DNA from: Halocafeteria seosinensis
Lineage: Eukaryota
Reading direction: 5' to 3'
Assembly: GCA_001687465.1 (NCBI GenBank)
Contig: LVLI01000320.1
Coordinates: 1 to 64,000 of the forward strand
DNA length: 64,000 bases
Below, piece after piece: positions 46,945-60,259 of this stretch. Within the stretch, counting starts at the first letter, position 1. Each line of letters begins with the position of its first letter. The notes under the pieces are model-generated. The model was not told where the DNA came from and searched no databases. It saw only the letters and a list, made by a program, of their open reading frames with translations. A program made the position numbers and the translations under genes.

Positions 46945-49444
46945 ATGCCTCCCCGTAAACGACGCCTCACACGAAAGCAGCAGGAGAATGAAGAGTCCAA
47001 TGCTGCCACAGGGGACACAGAGGCCGCTAGTGCTTCCGGTGATAATGAGCAAGAGACCAAATCGAGGTCGACTAGAACTGCTGCAAATAAACGCACCCGA
47101 GCAAGTGAGAAGCAAGAGGCAGAGCATGAGGCTTCCCATGAGAGTGGGACTCAGGATGCCTCTATCCCCACAAAGAAAGCCAAGACAGCTAAAAAACAAG
47201 TACAACCGGACGATGATCACGAGGCAAATAAAACAGAACAACCGAACAACGAATCCCCAAAAGAGGAAGCTAATGGCGATTACGAAGCTGATGACTCTGA
47301 ACTTCTAGAGAAGCCGACTGAGATTTTGGAAGCTGAACAGAAAGTGCTGAAGGAGGATCGATACGACATGGATGCCTGGAATATACTCATCAATTTTGCC
47401 AAGAGCCAGCCACCTGAAGTAGCCAGAGAAACATTTGAAGAACTCTTAAATGTTTTCCCTACAGCGGTAAGTCATTCGGAGCCTTGTGAATTGGCTTCGA
47501 AGATGATGACGACGCTGCATTTCTTTGTCTTGTCAGGCTGAATATTGGCGTCTTTACGCTGAAAAGGAACACAATGCTGGAAATATTGAAGAAGCGGAAG
47601 GTATATTAAGTCGATGTTTGTTGGCAATACCCGATCCCCAACTTTGGAAGTTCTACCTAGATTTTGTGCATGATACCAAGTTATCGCCCGCGCTGGAGAA
47701 GCAAAGACAGGAGCAGGAGCAGAACGCAGAGCACCGAGAAGGAGAACAAGAAGTGCTAGCTGCACGAGTTGAGATCTCTAAGGCGTATGATTTCGCGTTG
47801 CAACACATTGGAAAAGTGCACGGTACAGATGAAATTTGGCGGCAGTACCTAAAGTTTCTCAAGCAAGACCTTGGGGCGGGAAGTCAATATGAGCAAAACC
47901 AGAAGAAAGATGCTCTCCGAAGACAATACCAAGAAGCTTTGAAAGCACCTCTTGATTGTATAGACGCTATCTGGCAGGAGTACAACGCCTTTGCTAAAGA
48001 AAACAACGACTCGGTCACAGAAGAGGACAAGCGCAACTACGAGCGCTCCAAAAAAGCAGCTCAGCATCGGTCACAGAGATGGACAAACATCCAGTTGTAT
48101 CTATTGCCGCGGCCATTACGGCGGGGTGACGATTCGGCATTTCGAAACAAATTGGCTAATCAGGTAGCTCTGTGGAGGCAGCTGCTGCAATATGAAGCTA
48201 GCAATCCTTTGGAATTGGAAGATGAGCAACACCAGGCGTTGATGCGAATACAATACGAGCAATCACTACTGGCAATGCAGTATATGCCCGACATATGGCA
48301 GGATTGGGCTTTGTTCGAAATCGATCATGAGAACACAGATGAAGCTGCCGAGATTTATGATAGAGCTCTGCAAAATATTCCTGATTGTGCCACTCTGTCT
48401 TTTGTTGTCGCTGATTTTTATGAGCTTTCCGATAATCGGAGTAAGGCGCAGGAAGTTTATGAGAAGCTATTGCAAGATGCTCCTTCTCCCGTCGCCTTCA
48501 TCCAATACCAACGTTTCATGAGACGTTATGATGGTATTAAAGGTGCACGAAAGGTGTTCTCGCGTGCCAGGAAGAGTCCCCAGATCTGTCCTGCGATATT
48601 TTTGGCAGCCGCTCAGTTGGAATTTCATGCCAATCGTGCACCTGATGTGGCTGTGAACGTACTGGAACTTGGAAGGAAGAAATTCCCGGAAGATGTTGAA
48701 TATGCAGTCGCGTATTTAAACTTCATCGCTCCCATTAGCGAAGACAACAATATGCGCGCTCTCTTTGAGAACATACTACTCTCAGTGCCTGTAGAGAAAG
48801 CGCGGCCAATATGGGATATGTATTTAGATTATGAGCTACGAAGAGCTCAAAGTGGAGGAAGTCTCGAGAAAGTTGCCATGGTGGAAGCGCGACGGGCTCA
48901 GAAGTATCCTCAAGATGACAGTCAGACCCCCTCACCATTTCTGCGGCTGTTACATCGATACCAACACTGGGGACTTCTACCAGACGGAGCCCCTGACCAG
49001 GATATGCTCTCCCGATATCGCGTAAGGCCGCGTCTATTCCATACATCTTCTGGTGGATACTTTAATGCAGAGGATCCCGTTCCCGAAGGTCTGCAAGATT
49101 TCTTACCCAGTTCATTTACGATGCGTAATCAACATAAATTTGCTTCCGGTCCAGTGGAATCCCAACAGGACCAAGCCCAAGAGGCTTCGAAACGACCGAT
49201 TCCGCCCAATACACCAGAATTTCTTCACAAGATGATTCGCTTAATTCCTATGCAAGATGGCGAACAACCCCCGCCTGACGCGGAAATTAACTATGTATTG
49301 AACAGCTTCAAAGAATGTGATCTCCCACCACCTCCCGCAGAGAATGGCGAAGCTCAACACGCTACTGACTCTTCTGGTAGTGACCTGTACCGCCAACGGC
49401 AACGTCAACAGATGGAAGCGACAGGTGCTCTCGACTTAAAATAG
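46945..49444 (+). CDS. CSTF3: Cleavage stimulation factor 77 kDa subunit (CstF-77/Rna14/Suf), HAT repeats, 2 exons
   Basis: YDMDAWNIL, FPTA|AEYW, LWKFYL, YEASNPL, IQYQRFMRRYDGIKGARKVFSRARK, ELGRKKF, NNMRALFE, DLYRQRQ. Confidence 0.93.
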
Positions 49445-49608
49445 ACAACTATTTCCAACCGCTCCTACTTTCGATCTCTAGTATGCGTATTACGTATTTT
49501 ATCCTCTTGCCACGCTTTCTCTTCAAGAATCGATGTCACCCGCTATCCTAAAGACCCGTGTTCTAACGCCATATCCTTTGCTGCTTCCTTATTGCTGCTG
49601 ACACTTCT

Positions 49609-51526
49609 TCAAGTGGGGCGTTTACCAGCACCAAGGAGCTTCTCAAACAGATTCTTTGGAGACGACGAGTTCCTCTCAGCTGCTGGTTGATCCACAAAGA
49701 CTGCACTCTGCAACTCCTCTGGAACGCTTGTGTCCATTTCGGCAGGTCGTGACTTTGGCACCATGTATGACCGTAAACTGGACTTCTGCCGTTTATTGCT
49801 TGTGGACGAGCGTGTTATATTCGAACCACGCTTTCGTGTATCTGGCTGCTTAGTGGCTTCAGTGGAGAACTCCAAAGTCTTTGCGACGCGACTTCCTCGA
49901 GTACTGGTTGTCGTCATCGTGGTAGTTGATGTATGGCCCTTACTGTTTTCATTATGGGTGCGAGACACTTCCCCTTTCATTGGTGATATTCTGCTCTTAT
50001 TGGAAGGATGCAGTTTACCTTCTGCGATGCTAGTGGCAATATGAGGATCATGAACGGTGCCCAAGAAGCTCCAGCTCTCATGCAGAACCGTCTCGGAGTC
50101 CGCGGTGGACCGTTTCGGGTAGTCCTCCTTAGTACAGACGTGGCACTCCTCATCAGTATCGAGGATTTCGATAACGTCGGCGTTTGTCTGAAATAAACTA
50201 GCCTCTCGAGGATCACTTGTTTTCTTGCAAGCTCTTTTCGAACTACGAGAAGCGGGTGCCGGTGTGTCTGCTAGGAACTCCTCGTCCACGCTAATTGGTG
50301 GCTCTTCATTCGTAGAGCACTGGTCTTCCGAAAACGGCCGAAATTTTATGGTAGGAATCGTAGTCAAGGGTTCAATTTTCTTCTCATTCAGATTGTACAC
50401 GAGGTGATGTCGAAAACATGCTTCCGCCTTCACCAATCGGGTTTCGTAGTCCTCGGGTATAGAAATCTTACTGAACCCTTTCAGGTAGGAAACAATTTGA
50501 CGCAGTCTCCAGTTGTCATTGACTGAGCGGTACTTAGAGATGTAATTGGCAGCGGTCAATACTGCAATGCTGGGTAACGACTCTACATAGTCACAGCCGG
50601 CCAATACAGCCATTTGCACGAACATCCGTGGTGTGAAATCTGAAAGCGTTTTCAGAAAACCGGACGATGGTTTGGATTTAGACGCTTGAGGTCGAGAAAT
50701 GCCAACTAAGGGTCCCATTGTTTTATGAATTTCGTTTGCTCTGACATGTAGACACTGACCGTTCCCTTCGGAATCCATTTTGAAGAGTACCTTACACGAG
50801 CATTTTGCAGCACATAAAAATACCGGAATGTCGCTATCCTCTGTTATTACTAGATCGGCACGTTCGTTACGGATCATCCACGCAAGTTGGGCGTCGGCTT
50901 CATATGGAGCAACAGTGCACTCGAATCCTTGAAACTTCAACCCATCCACGAGTCGCCTTATCAGTTCGGGCTGTATTCTAATAGCTTTCTGAAAGTGCTG
51001 GTCGGCTTCTTTGAAGAGTTTTTCCGCCTTTTCTGAGTCACTCTCCTGAATGCTTTTTGCTTCATTGTATACCTTTCTACCCTTTTCACGATGATGTTCA
51101 CTGTTTCTGTTCCGTGTGTCTTCTACTTCCAGTTTCAGCTGCGGTTTTGCCCCGTCAAACACCACCACTGGTTCCACATCATTTTGCTTCAGTAGTTGTA
51201 TCCTCCTCATGAAGAAATGTACACTGAAGCATTTTGCCGAAGATCGATCAACACAAAAATCTTTTTTATGCAACAAGGCTGAAACATGTGAAGCTTACTA
51301 TTTGTCCGTAGGTATTCCCATGGCCAACTCAGTAGCACACGAGTAGCAAGCGCGATAAAGCCATGCGTTTCCATCTGCAGGAAACATATAGCGAAGAACG
51401 TCTTGTGGATGAGTACAGGTTGTAGGGTACCGAATTACCTATAGCAGCGCGAAGTCCGCGAAATTCGTTCACGCGCACCCCACGCATCCCGGGAGTGAGC
51501 GCCCTCAATAGCCCAGGTATACCCAT
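49609..51526 (-). CDS. EXO1: Exonuclease 1 (XPG/Rad2 family), 3 exons
   Basis: MGIPGLL, DGNAWLYRACYSC, VVFDG, VAPYEADAQLAW, ITEDSD, LAGCDY, FRHHLVY. Confidence 0.93.
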
Positions 51527-52692
51527 TTCAAACGTTGTACTATACAGACTGTTGAAAAAATGAAGAAATGTACAATTCTAATTTGATAGGGAGCTGTAAT
51601 TCAGCCAGGGAGGCTGACGCACGGAGGCATTTGAATTCGACGCGTACCGCGGGTATTTGAATTACACTTGTGAAGTGGCTCCGAACTTTTGGGGGGGGCC
51701 ACTGGCCCACTGGGGTTAACTTGTTGCCAACAGTGTCGTGACATTGTTGTTGGGATGAGGCGATAGTTGTAAGTTGCAGTTGAGTATATTGAGATAATCA
51801 TGTCACCAATCGCTGAGTTTTTAGAAAATGCCTTGTTGTTTGGTGGTAAGGTCAGGTCAGGGGAAGTCAACAGCAGCATCCATTGTTCACGATCAGGGAA
51901 ATAAACACAGCTAACTGTCATATTTTCTACCATCCACAAGCAATATGGGAAGGCTGGATTACTGTCAGCAACTTACCTTCCATCAATCTAGACCCTTGGC
52001 GTGCTAGGACTCACAGCCTCAGGGAGTGTTAAGGGAAGAACGCTTTGAGAGTCTGCTGGCTCGGTTCCACGTCCGTCATTCAAACTCATTGAATTCATAC
52101 TACCACTCGAAATTCCGTGAAATTTGGAGTGAATTAAAACAGTTGTAGACAATGTAAGAGTTTGACAGTTCCAGTAGCTTGAAGTTCGCGGAACTGCTCG
52201 GAGTCTCGGCCTGGAGTCCTGGACGGCGTGGACGCACGTTGCTTCAAGGCAAGTTGAAGCCAGCTTTGATGGACGTGTCGAAAACAACAAAAAAGGTAGG
52301 GTGTCCCCGTCTCCCCTTGGCCTCCCCGGACGACTGACGTGAGGGACTCAGAGACAGGAAAATACTACCTTGCGCTATTTGGCAGGTCTATGTAGGACTG
52401 TTACATAGTCTATGTGTTTGTTAATGGTCTTTGACTATCACACACGAGTATCTGAGTACAACGGGGAGAGCTTGGATGAGAACTTAAAGATTAACGCTCA
52501 CTTTCAGTCCTTGTTATATTAACGGCTTGCCTCCAAATTCAAATTGCGTGCTTGGATTCCCAATCCGGGATGTTCAACGCCTGAGCCACGTCGGTTTTGC
52601 ATGTTTTTCGCTGATCTTTGGGGTACATACATAGAAATTTCGAAGCAGGAATCTCATCACTTGGGAGCCACGAACGTATAGGGCCTGAAACG

Positions 52693-55189
52693 ATGAGTAC
52701 AAACTGGACGGCCAAAGAGGTAAGGAGAATGAAGTTTTTCGTCCGAGGTTTCAACCTGCTTTCAACAGGACTACGGGAAGCTCATGACCCATCTTTTGAT
52801 CGATTTCGTGTTCTTGCAAATACAGGATAGCCAACTCCGCAGTGCGGTGATTCAGCATGGTCCTGAGGGGTGGGAGAAAATAGCCAGCAAGATCAGCCAG
52901 ACTTCGAAGAGCGAGAAGAGCTCTACAGATTGTCAAGCACGCTGGGCGAAAATTATCCGCCCTGAAGGAATGTACCAGGGTGCTTGGACGGAAGAAGAGG
53001 ACAATGTGATAAGAGATATGGTCCAAGTACATGGCACAAAGCACTGGGCTCAGATTGCGAAAGTGCTACTATGCCGCAGCGGGAAACAGTGCCGGGAACG
53101 TTGGTTTAATGTTCTAGACCCGGAGATCAAAAGAGACCCTTTCTCTGCTGAAGAGGATGAGCTGATACTAAAGGAAAAGTTTAAGGAAGGGTCTAAGTGG
53201 GCTTCGATTGCGAACAAGTTGCCCGGTCGCACAGATAACGCCATCAAAAACAGGTACAACAGCACTCTTCGTCGTGTCATGACTCACGCACGTGAGAAGC
53301 TAGTGGGTGATGGAGAGATGACAGCGTCACAAACAGATTCCGAGTGCTGCTGGCAGCTTCTAGAGGAGCTGAAACGACAAAAGCTATTAGGGGATGGCAC
53401 TAAGAAACTGACTTCTAGACCTGGTACTACCGGTGGTGCTAATTATGGACGCCCTAAAAATAACACCCGAAATCGCGGTGGGCTTAAAGTGAACCATTTG
53501 CAAGATGAAGCACTAATGAAAATGTCGAGCGGAGAGGGCAGCACACAACCTAAGTCGCACGGGACACGCAGGAAATCCAAGACACAAGGATCTATTAAAG
53601 CAGCTACGGAAAAGAAAAGCCGAGAAAACTCTACGGACAACAAAAGGACTCCGGCGTCAAAAAGATCCTATGATGATAGTGACGAAGAGATATCTCCAGA
53701 GCCTAAGACGACATCTACTCGACGGAAGTCTTCAAGAAAGCAGCAAAGAGAAGCAAAACGTCGCGCTACTAAGAGTGTAGAGGACGACGCTGATTTTCCC
53801 GCTGCCCATGTCCCCGATGGTTATCAATACTCGCGCAATCTTCCCCAACCGGCGCATTCTACCAGAAATAAAGCACCAGGGGCTTCACCAGGGAGCCGCT
53901 CTACAGCGAGTCATGATTTCGAAGACGATGACCAACGCCAGTTCTATCCCCAGGGTGGCGTTGCTACCCTAGCTAGGGTGGCGGGGATAGAGTACCAACG
54001 GTCGAATCGTGAAAACGGGAATGATGGCCCGAGTGCGTTTTCTTCCCCAAACCTAAGAACTTTTGCGGAGCATGTGTCAAACAGTCCACATCTGCCGATA
54101 AGCACCGACTCGTCGAACTTCAGAGACTCCGCGTTTTCCTCGCTTAGCGCGGACGAAAATGAGTTGGCTGTAAGTACATTGCATTCGAAAGAGGGCTTCA
54201 GCGTTGATACGCCTCGTAGCGAAATGGTAGAGAAATCTGAGTTTAGCACCGGAGGTTCCCGGTATCATGAGAGTAACACCGGGTTCTCCGTCCCCACACC
54301 TGGTCACTCGAACCAAGTTCGCTCCCCTAGTTCTATCATGAGCCCTGGCACTGCGTTTGGTACCGTTGCTGGTTTTGGCCCGGCTGAAGCAGCCACAGAG
54401 GAGTCGAAGGGTGGTGCAACTAACACTGACCAATCTACAACTCATCAGACTTCCGGTGCTGAGACCGAAGCCCCACGAGGGATTGCCCAGAAGCGAAGGA
54501 AGCATAACACACGCAGTAGTTCGAATGTTACACGCAATGGGAAGTTACCTCCCAAGGCACCAGCGCCGATGGCTCCTAGGGATAGCGCGACTAATCGACC
54601 AAATGCAGAGGGCCTCTCTTCGCGGGGCTCCGCCGGCGAAAGCGCACAGGGGAATTCGCATTTTCTGTCACCAGCTGAAGCATTCTTCCGCCAATCAGGA
54701 AATGCTTTCGCTGTGGCTCCGCAACAAAGACAGTGGTCACGAACCACTCCGCCTGTTCATTATATAGAAAATGTTGGGGATACACCGAACATAGGAAGTA
54801 GTTCTGCAGGCGACAGATCTCCGTCAGAACGAGCACAGGTGGAAATTCCTGCGATGTACAGATACGACACTGACAATGCACCTCCCACAGACGATGAAAG
54901 CGAAAGGTCCAATATTTTGTCAGTCTCACCCAGCCCGTTGAAAGGGCATAGCCACTTCGAAGCTGTGCGACAGCGACAGTCTTCCTCTCCCAGTTCTCGG
55001 AATTCCGCCCTCACGCGTGCTGGGGCGACCCGGTCCGATATACAGCAATTTTCTCCTTCCCGACGGAGTCCCGGTAGACCGCGATACGTCAATAATACTT
55101 ATGCCCCGCGCCGTCGCCTTTATGACGAACAAACATCTGCCGAAGAAGCAGCCTCTGTGATCTCTGCTTCCCTGACTGAAGAAACCTAA
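52693..55189 (+). CDS. Three-repeat (R1R2R3) MYB transcription factor, 2 exons
   Basis: MSTNWTAKE|DSQL...WEKIA...CQARW; GAWTEEED...WAQIA...RSGKQCRERW; FSAEED...GSKWASIA...PGRTDNAIKNRYNSTLRR; intron 52720-52825. Confidence 0.92.
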
Positions 55190-55635
55190 TATGTAGTGAT
55201 GAGCGTTGTATATCAAACCTAATGAACAAACTTTACGTGTAAGCTATCGCTTCTACAACTACTCATTACTTCGCTTCTGTTCGTTTTCGTTCAAACGTTG
55301 TCAGATTACCGAAACTTTCGGTTTCAAAATAAAGGTTGAAAAATTGTCGAGCCGAAATCCATTTTTGGATGCCGAACTTCAACCTGAGTCTGTCAATCCT
55401 CCCCACTCTCGAGAGTCTCTTGTAAGTTAGAGTAGTTTTTCCGAATGTAGGGTTGCATGACAAATAGCCTATTTATGCGCCAATTGTTGGTGTGATTGAA
55501 TAGGCTAATCCACCGGAAAAAGGAGTCCATATCGCCAGTTGTTGAAGAAGGCACTCTTGAATCTGGGCGTTTAGAGGCTTCAGTGGGTATTGCACAGCAT
55601 AGGGAGCCCATTAACGTTGTTTATTCCTAACAGGT

Positions 55636-58143
55636 ATGGAGTCGTCGGAGAAGACTCCGGAGAGTGGTGCGCGGAGGGTGAACAGTGGTGTGGGAGACAA
55701 ACGCAGTGGAAGAGAGCTCAGACGCAAAAAGAAGAGCCGTACGGGCACTACGGATAACAATGGAAAAGAGTACGACACTTACAGTGGCGCTGACTCTGAA
55801 TCATTCCCTCCCGACTCTCAGTTCTCCAGAAGTAATTCCAACTTTGGCGATGCTACTCCGGATAGTAGTGATACGCCTGGAGGAACACTGTCTAGCCAGT
55901 TCGAGGAGCTCAAGGTCCTGGGTCAAGGGAGTTTTGGAATGGCAGTACTCGTAATGTCCAAGAAATCAAGGAAAAGGTGCGTTGAACGTGGTTCTCCATA
56001 AATTCTTCATTGGAGTAACGCAGTATTTTGTATTTTTGCAGATTCGTGCTGAAGAAAATCAATGTACAAGCCATGTCTGAAGAGAACGTCAGAGAGGCTT
56101 TACGAGAGGTGCAAGTTCTTCGGGGATTGAATCACCCAAACATCGGTATGTCCCTATTATCTGAGGCACTTACTATACGAATTATTCTTTATCAGCAGCA
56201 AAATCTGCCTGTGTCCTCAGTTGGATATCATGGATCATTCATTGACCAAGGCTATCTCAGCATTGTGCTGGATTACTGTGATGGTGGCGATTTAGAACAG
56301 CAAGTAAAGCTGGCAAACAAACGCGGTCGGAACTTCAGTGAACGGCAAATTATTGATTGGTTCATACAAATCTTGTCTGGCCTGCACTACGTGCACCGGC
56401 ACAGGATACTCCATCGTGACTTAAAAGCAGGAAACGTTTTTTTGACCAGCACTGGGAAAGTAAAGCTGGGGGATTTCGGTATTGCAAAGATCTTAAATGA
56501 TTCTGGGACCATGAAATCAATGGCAAAAACTGTTATTGGGACCCCTTAGTAAGTGGCTGTGTGTTGACGTTTCCGTTGTTTGCCGCGGTACGTCTATGCC
56601 CGTGACTTACAGCTATATGTCCCCCGAATTGTGTGAATCGCGCCCATATAGCTATAAATCAGATGTGTGGTCCGCTGGCTGCATACTTTACGAACTACTT
56701 ACTCTCAGGAGAGCGTTCGAAAGTGAAAACATCGCGGCACTTATATATAAAATTATGAGCGGATCATATAAACCGATAGAATCTAACCGATATTCACAGG
56801 AACTGATCAACATTGTCCACTCTTGTTTGAAGAATGACCCAAGCTCCAGACCTAGTGTTGGAGAACTAATTAGTGTGCCTGTTCTCAGACAGCGCGTTAG
56901 TAACCTTCGCAATTCCCAAACGAGTACTTCGCGGAGATTCGGGAGCTCTCAGCAAAGAACGAAAAAGCCAGTTCTGAAAAGTTTTCGCCGGAACCGGACC
57001 CCCAAAGTGAAGGACTCCAGTGCTTCTTCCACTGCAAAGAATTATGGAGCCAGCAATGAAACAACAGGTGAAAACACTCCCGGCGAACCAACTCCGGAAC
57101 ACGAGCAACAGAATGGAAAATATCAGAGACGTAGAGCGCCTCCACCAAAACTTGACTTTGGCAGCTTTTCTCCAGAACCGGCGAATCACCAAGTTAATGT
57201 TTCTTACTACGAGTCTCCGCGGAAGAACACTGGAGGGGACCAGGTGGACGACTGGGGAGAAGATCCTATTTTCCGAGAAAGAGTGGTATCTCCTGACGAC
57301 AGAGACGCAATATTAAAAGGTTTGGAATCGAACACCACAGATAAATCGGGCTTCAATGATACTGATGAACAGCAAGATGTCGAGAGCGGCGGTGGAGGAC
57401 TACGCCTTCACTCTACGAAACGAGTACCTCAACGACGTAACCGAGTAACGAGAACGCATAGCGAAGGGGAGCAGTTTACTCCCGCTGGTAAGGATGTACA
57501 TTCTTCCACGCATAGCGATATTGAGAGACAGGGGAATGACTATGGTACCGCTCGCTCTCGACGAAGCTACAATAATTCGAGCTTCCGCAATTTTTCTCTC
57601 GCTAGTGATAGCTCGAGCTCTTCATCTGAGAAGCAAGATGAAAGCCTTACTGCAAGTCTATATGGAGCTGCAGGAGAAGCAACATCAAGAATATCGGGGG
57701 CCATTGATAAGAATTTGCAGGAAATTGATCTCCTCAGTGAACGAGTGAATGAGTGCGAAATTGAAGAAGAGTATTCGCAGTTTGAAAGCAAACACGCTGA
57801 AAATACTATGGCTTCGTTGGACGAATTCCAGAACGAATATGATACCCCAAGCCCTGCAGCAAACCAAAACCAAAAAAACTCATATTATTCGCGCTTTACT
57901 AGCGAAGAGGACGCCTCCGCACATATTGAGAAGCGACGGCAACAATGCATTGACGAGATGGGTTTCGAGAGATTTCAAGAACTCTACGAGGATTTAAAAC
58001 ATTCTCAAGAGCCGCAAGGGGAAGGAAGTGTTGACAGAGGAAGATCTCATACAGTGGAAGAGATCAGTGATTTTGGAAAGGTGGCGTACCTCCTCCAACT
58101 AGAAAGGCAGTGTGAAGGCAAAGGAATCGGTGAAGTCGAGTAG
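55636..58143 (+). CDS. NIMA-related (NEK) Ser/Thr kinase, 4 exons
   Basis: LGQGSFG, VLKKI, HPNI, DYCDGGDL, HRDLKAGNVFL, KLGDFGIAK, IGTP.YMSPE, YSYKSDVWSAGC. Confidence 0.94.
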
Positions 58144-58428
58144 GCGTTGTCACAAATTGTGGCTTTGAACTAGGGAGCGTGCTAAGTAATCACACACAAA
58201 TACCATTCTTCGTGCCTAGCAGATACACAAACTGTTTTATTATTGCTGCTGGTAGGATTAGACGTCCCATTTGTTGTACTTGTGTGAATTAGCATATCTT
58301 CACAGAGTTGCTTTCAGCTGAGGCCTTGGGCACTGGAAGTTTTCCGATAGTTTGATAGATGGTGACGCACCTTTGAGTGTCAAATTAGCGGAAGGCACAC
58401 CAAACTTGATCAAAGAAAGAATTGCACA

Positions 58429-58872
58429 ATGGGCATTGATCAAAATCAACTCATTCGCGATTATGTTCCTTCCGAGCTGCAATCGAGGAAGCAATGGGAG
58501 CTTCTAGGACAAGAGATGCTATATCGTGGAGGTGTCGGCCTTCTGACAGGAGTAGTCTTATGCACTGTATTCTTTCGAAGTAAGCGCACCGTGCCATGGG
58601 GATGCTGGGCATTTTCAGTGCTCGTATATGAGTACAATGTTTGCAGAACGTCCATTTATTCGTGGAAGCGTCTTTGGGCTGAGTGCCGGGACTGGTATTG
58701 GAATTGCTGTGGATGTACGTGCTTACTCGCACAAACTATATCAACAGCGCTGAGTATCACTCCTCGTGTGCATTTTCTACAGAGTGCAAATCAACGATTC
58801 TTAGCCATGCAAGCTAACGCCAATTCTGAGGTGGACACTACATCGTCTGGAGAAGCACCTCAGGAACGATAA
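58429..58872 (+). CDS. MICOS10: MICOS complex subunit Mic10, 3 exons
   Basis: SELQSRKQWE...GGVGLLTGVVLCTVFFR|KRPFIRGSVFGLSAGTGIGIAVD|SANQRF: two glycine-rich TM segments around a basic loop. Confidence 0.75.
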   Translation: MGIDQNQLIRDYVPSELQSRKQWELLGQEMLYRGGVGLLTGVVLCTVFFRSKRTVPWGCWAFSVLVYEYNVCRTSIYSWKRLWAECRDWYWNCCGCTCLLAQTISTALSITPRVHFLQSANQRFLAMQANANSEVDTTSSGEAPQER

Positions 58873-59332
58873 TCACTTCGCTTCTCGCGGTTTAGCAATA
58901 TGTCTCGCGAGGGGTAGTCTAGCTATCAAGGATGGTAAACGAAGAGACATGGTGCATAGTTTATGCTCCATATAGTTGCATTCTGTGAGTGCCATCTCTC
59001 GATGAACAGATTCACAGCACACCAACATCAACCGTACTTCTCATCCATCAAAAATACTGAGGAGGGATTATAGACTAATTGCTAATCTGCTATTTCAGGT
59101 ACCAGCCATAGACCCTGCTTTTGACGGGGTACACATGAATTTCTTGCTAGCTTGTAGCCACTTGTGAGGCCAAGTTGTAGGCTAGCGAATCTGGTTCAAC
59201 GGCGCACGTTGGCGCGGCCTGTCGGTTGTCATTTGTATTGTATTGTACTGTATTAATTTTGTGTGTACCCACTTAGCATCGAGCGTGGTATTGTATTGTT
59301 GTCCATCCAGTTAATATTATATACCGTACATA

Positions 59333-60232
59333 ATGGCTAGTGAAGATGATTTGCGCCGGCTGAAAGAGGCTGGTATACCGGCGGATAAAGTGGACGAATA
59401 CATGGCGGCGTTTGAGATGTTCGATACCAACAGACAAGGAAAAATTACGCACAGTATGCTCAAGGAAGTGCTTAATGGCCAGTTCGGTAAGTCCCTCCAC
59501 TGCTCATGTGTAGTGGGAAGTGATAGACTGGGGAATGTCTCCCATTAATGCCTTGCAGGTCAAACATTCTCGGACGAAGACATTGATTACATGCTAAAAC
59601 AGTTCAGTGATGATGGACAGGTCACGTTTGAAAAGTTTGCCAAAAGTCTTAGCGAGAAGATGGCCAACCCAGCCTACGATGAGGCTTTCGCTGATGCATT
59701 TGATTTATTGGACTCTGACAAGCAAGGGACGCTGACCAAGGAGAAACTACAAGAGGGGATGAAAAAACTGGGAGAAAACCTGACCGATGAGGAGGCAGAT
59801 GAAATGCTCAAGGTTGCGTCTACTAAAGATGACTTTGTCAAACTAATGAGGCAAGGAGGAGGGATGAACAATGCGCAAGGCACACAGCAAGCGAGCACTG
59901 GCGTGGTGTCCGCCAGTACTGCCGGAGGTGGAAGTGGAGGCGCTGCCCAAACAGCTTCAAGTAAGTAATTTCTAGCCGCAAATACGTCATTAAATTTTTT
60001 TGAATGCAACTTTATTACACCAATGTACTGTGCAGCACCTGCTGGTGGAGCCCGACCGAGACCTATTGGTGGTCAGGGGCCCCGACCAGCTGCGAATGGA
60101 AGCCCACGGCCAGCAGGACCCAGTGGAAATGGGTCACCTCGTCCACAGGGTCCAGGAAACAATTCTCCTCGACCAGTAGCGAGTCAAGGGCCACGGCCTG
60201 CTCCTAGAGGGTCGCCTCGTCCACGGGGTTAA
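59333..60232 (+). CDS. Calmodulin/myosin-light-chain-like EF-hand protein with Pro-Arg-Pro repeat tail, 3 exons
   Basis: EYMAAFEMFDTNRQGKIT, GQVTFEKF, FADAFDLLDSDKQGTLT, LGENLTDEEADEML; tail of [GS]PRP repeats. Confidence 0.85.
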
Positions 60233-60259
60233 TTCTTAACGCTCAACGAGTAGGTTCGT

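Noticed and set aside
51969..52100. ACTTACCT resembling the U1 snRNA 5' end
   Set aside because: No U1 stem-loop I/II motifs or Sm site follow; other ACTTACC hits are reverse-strand splice donors.
58879..58930. CGCTTCTCG resembling the U2 snRNA 5' end
   Set aside because: Lacks GCCTTTTGGC and the GTGTAGTA branch-pairing sequence.
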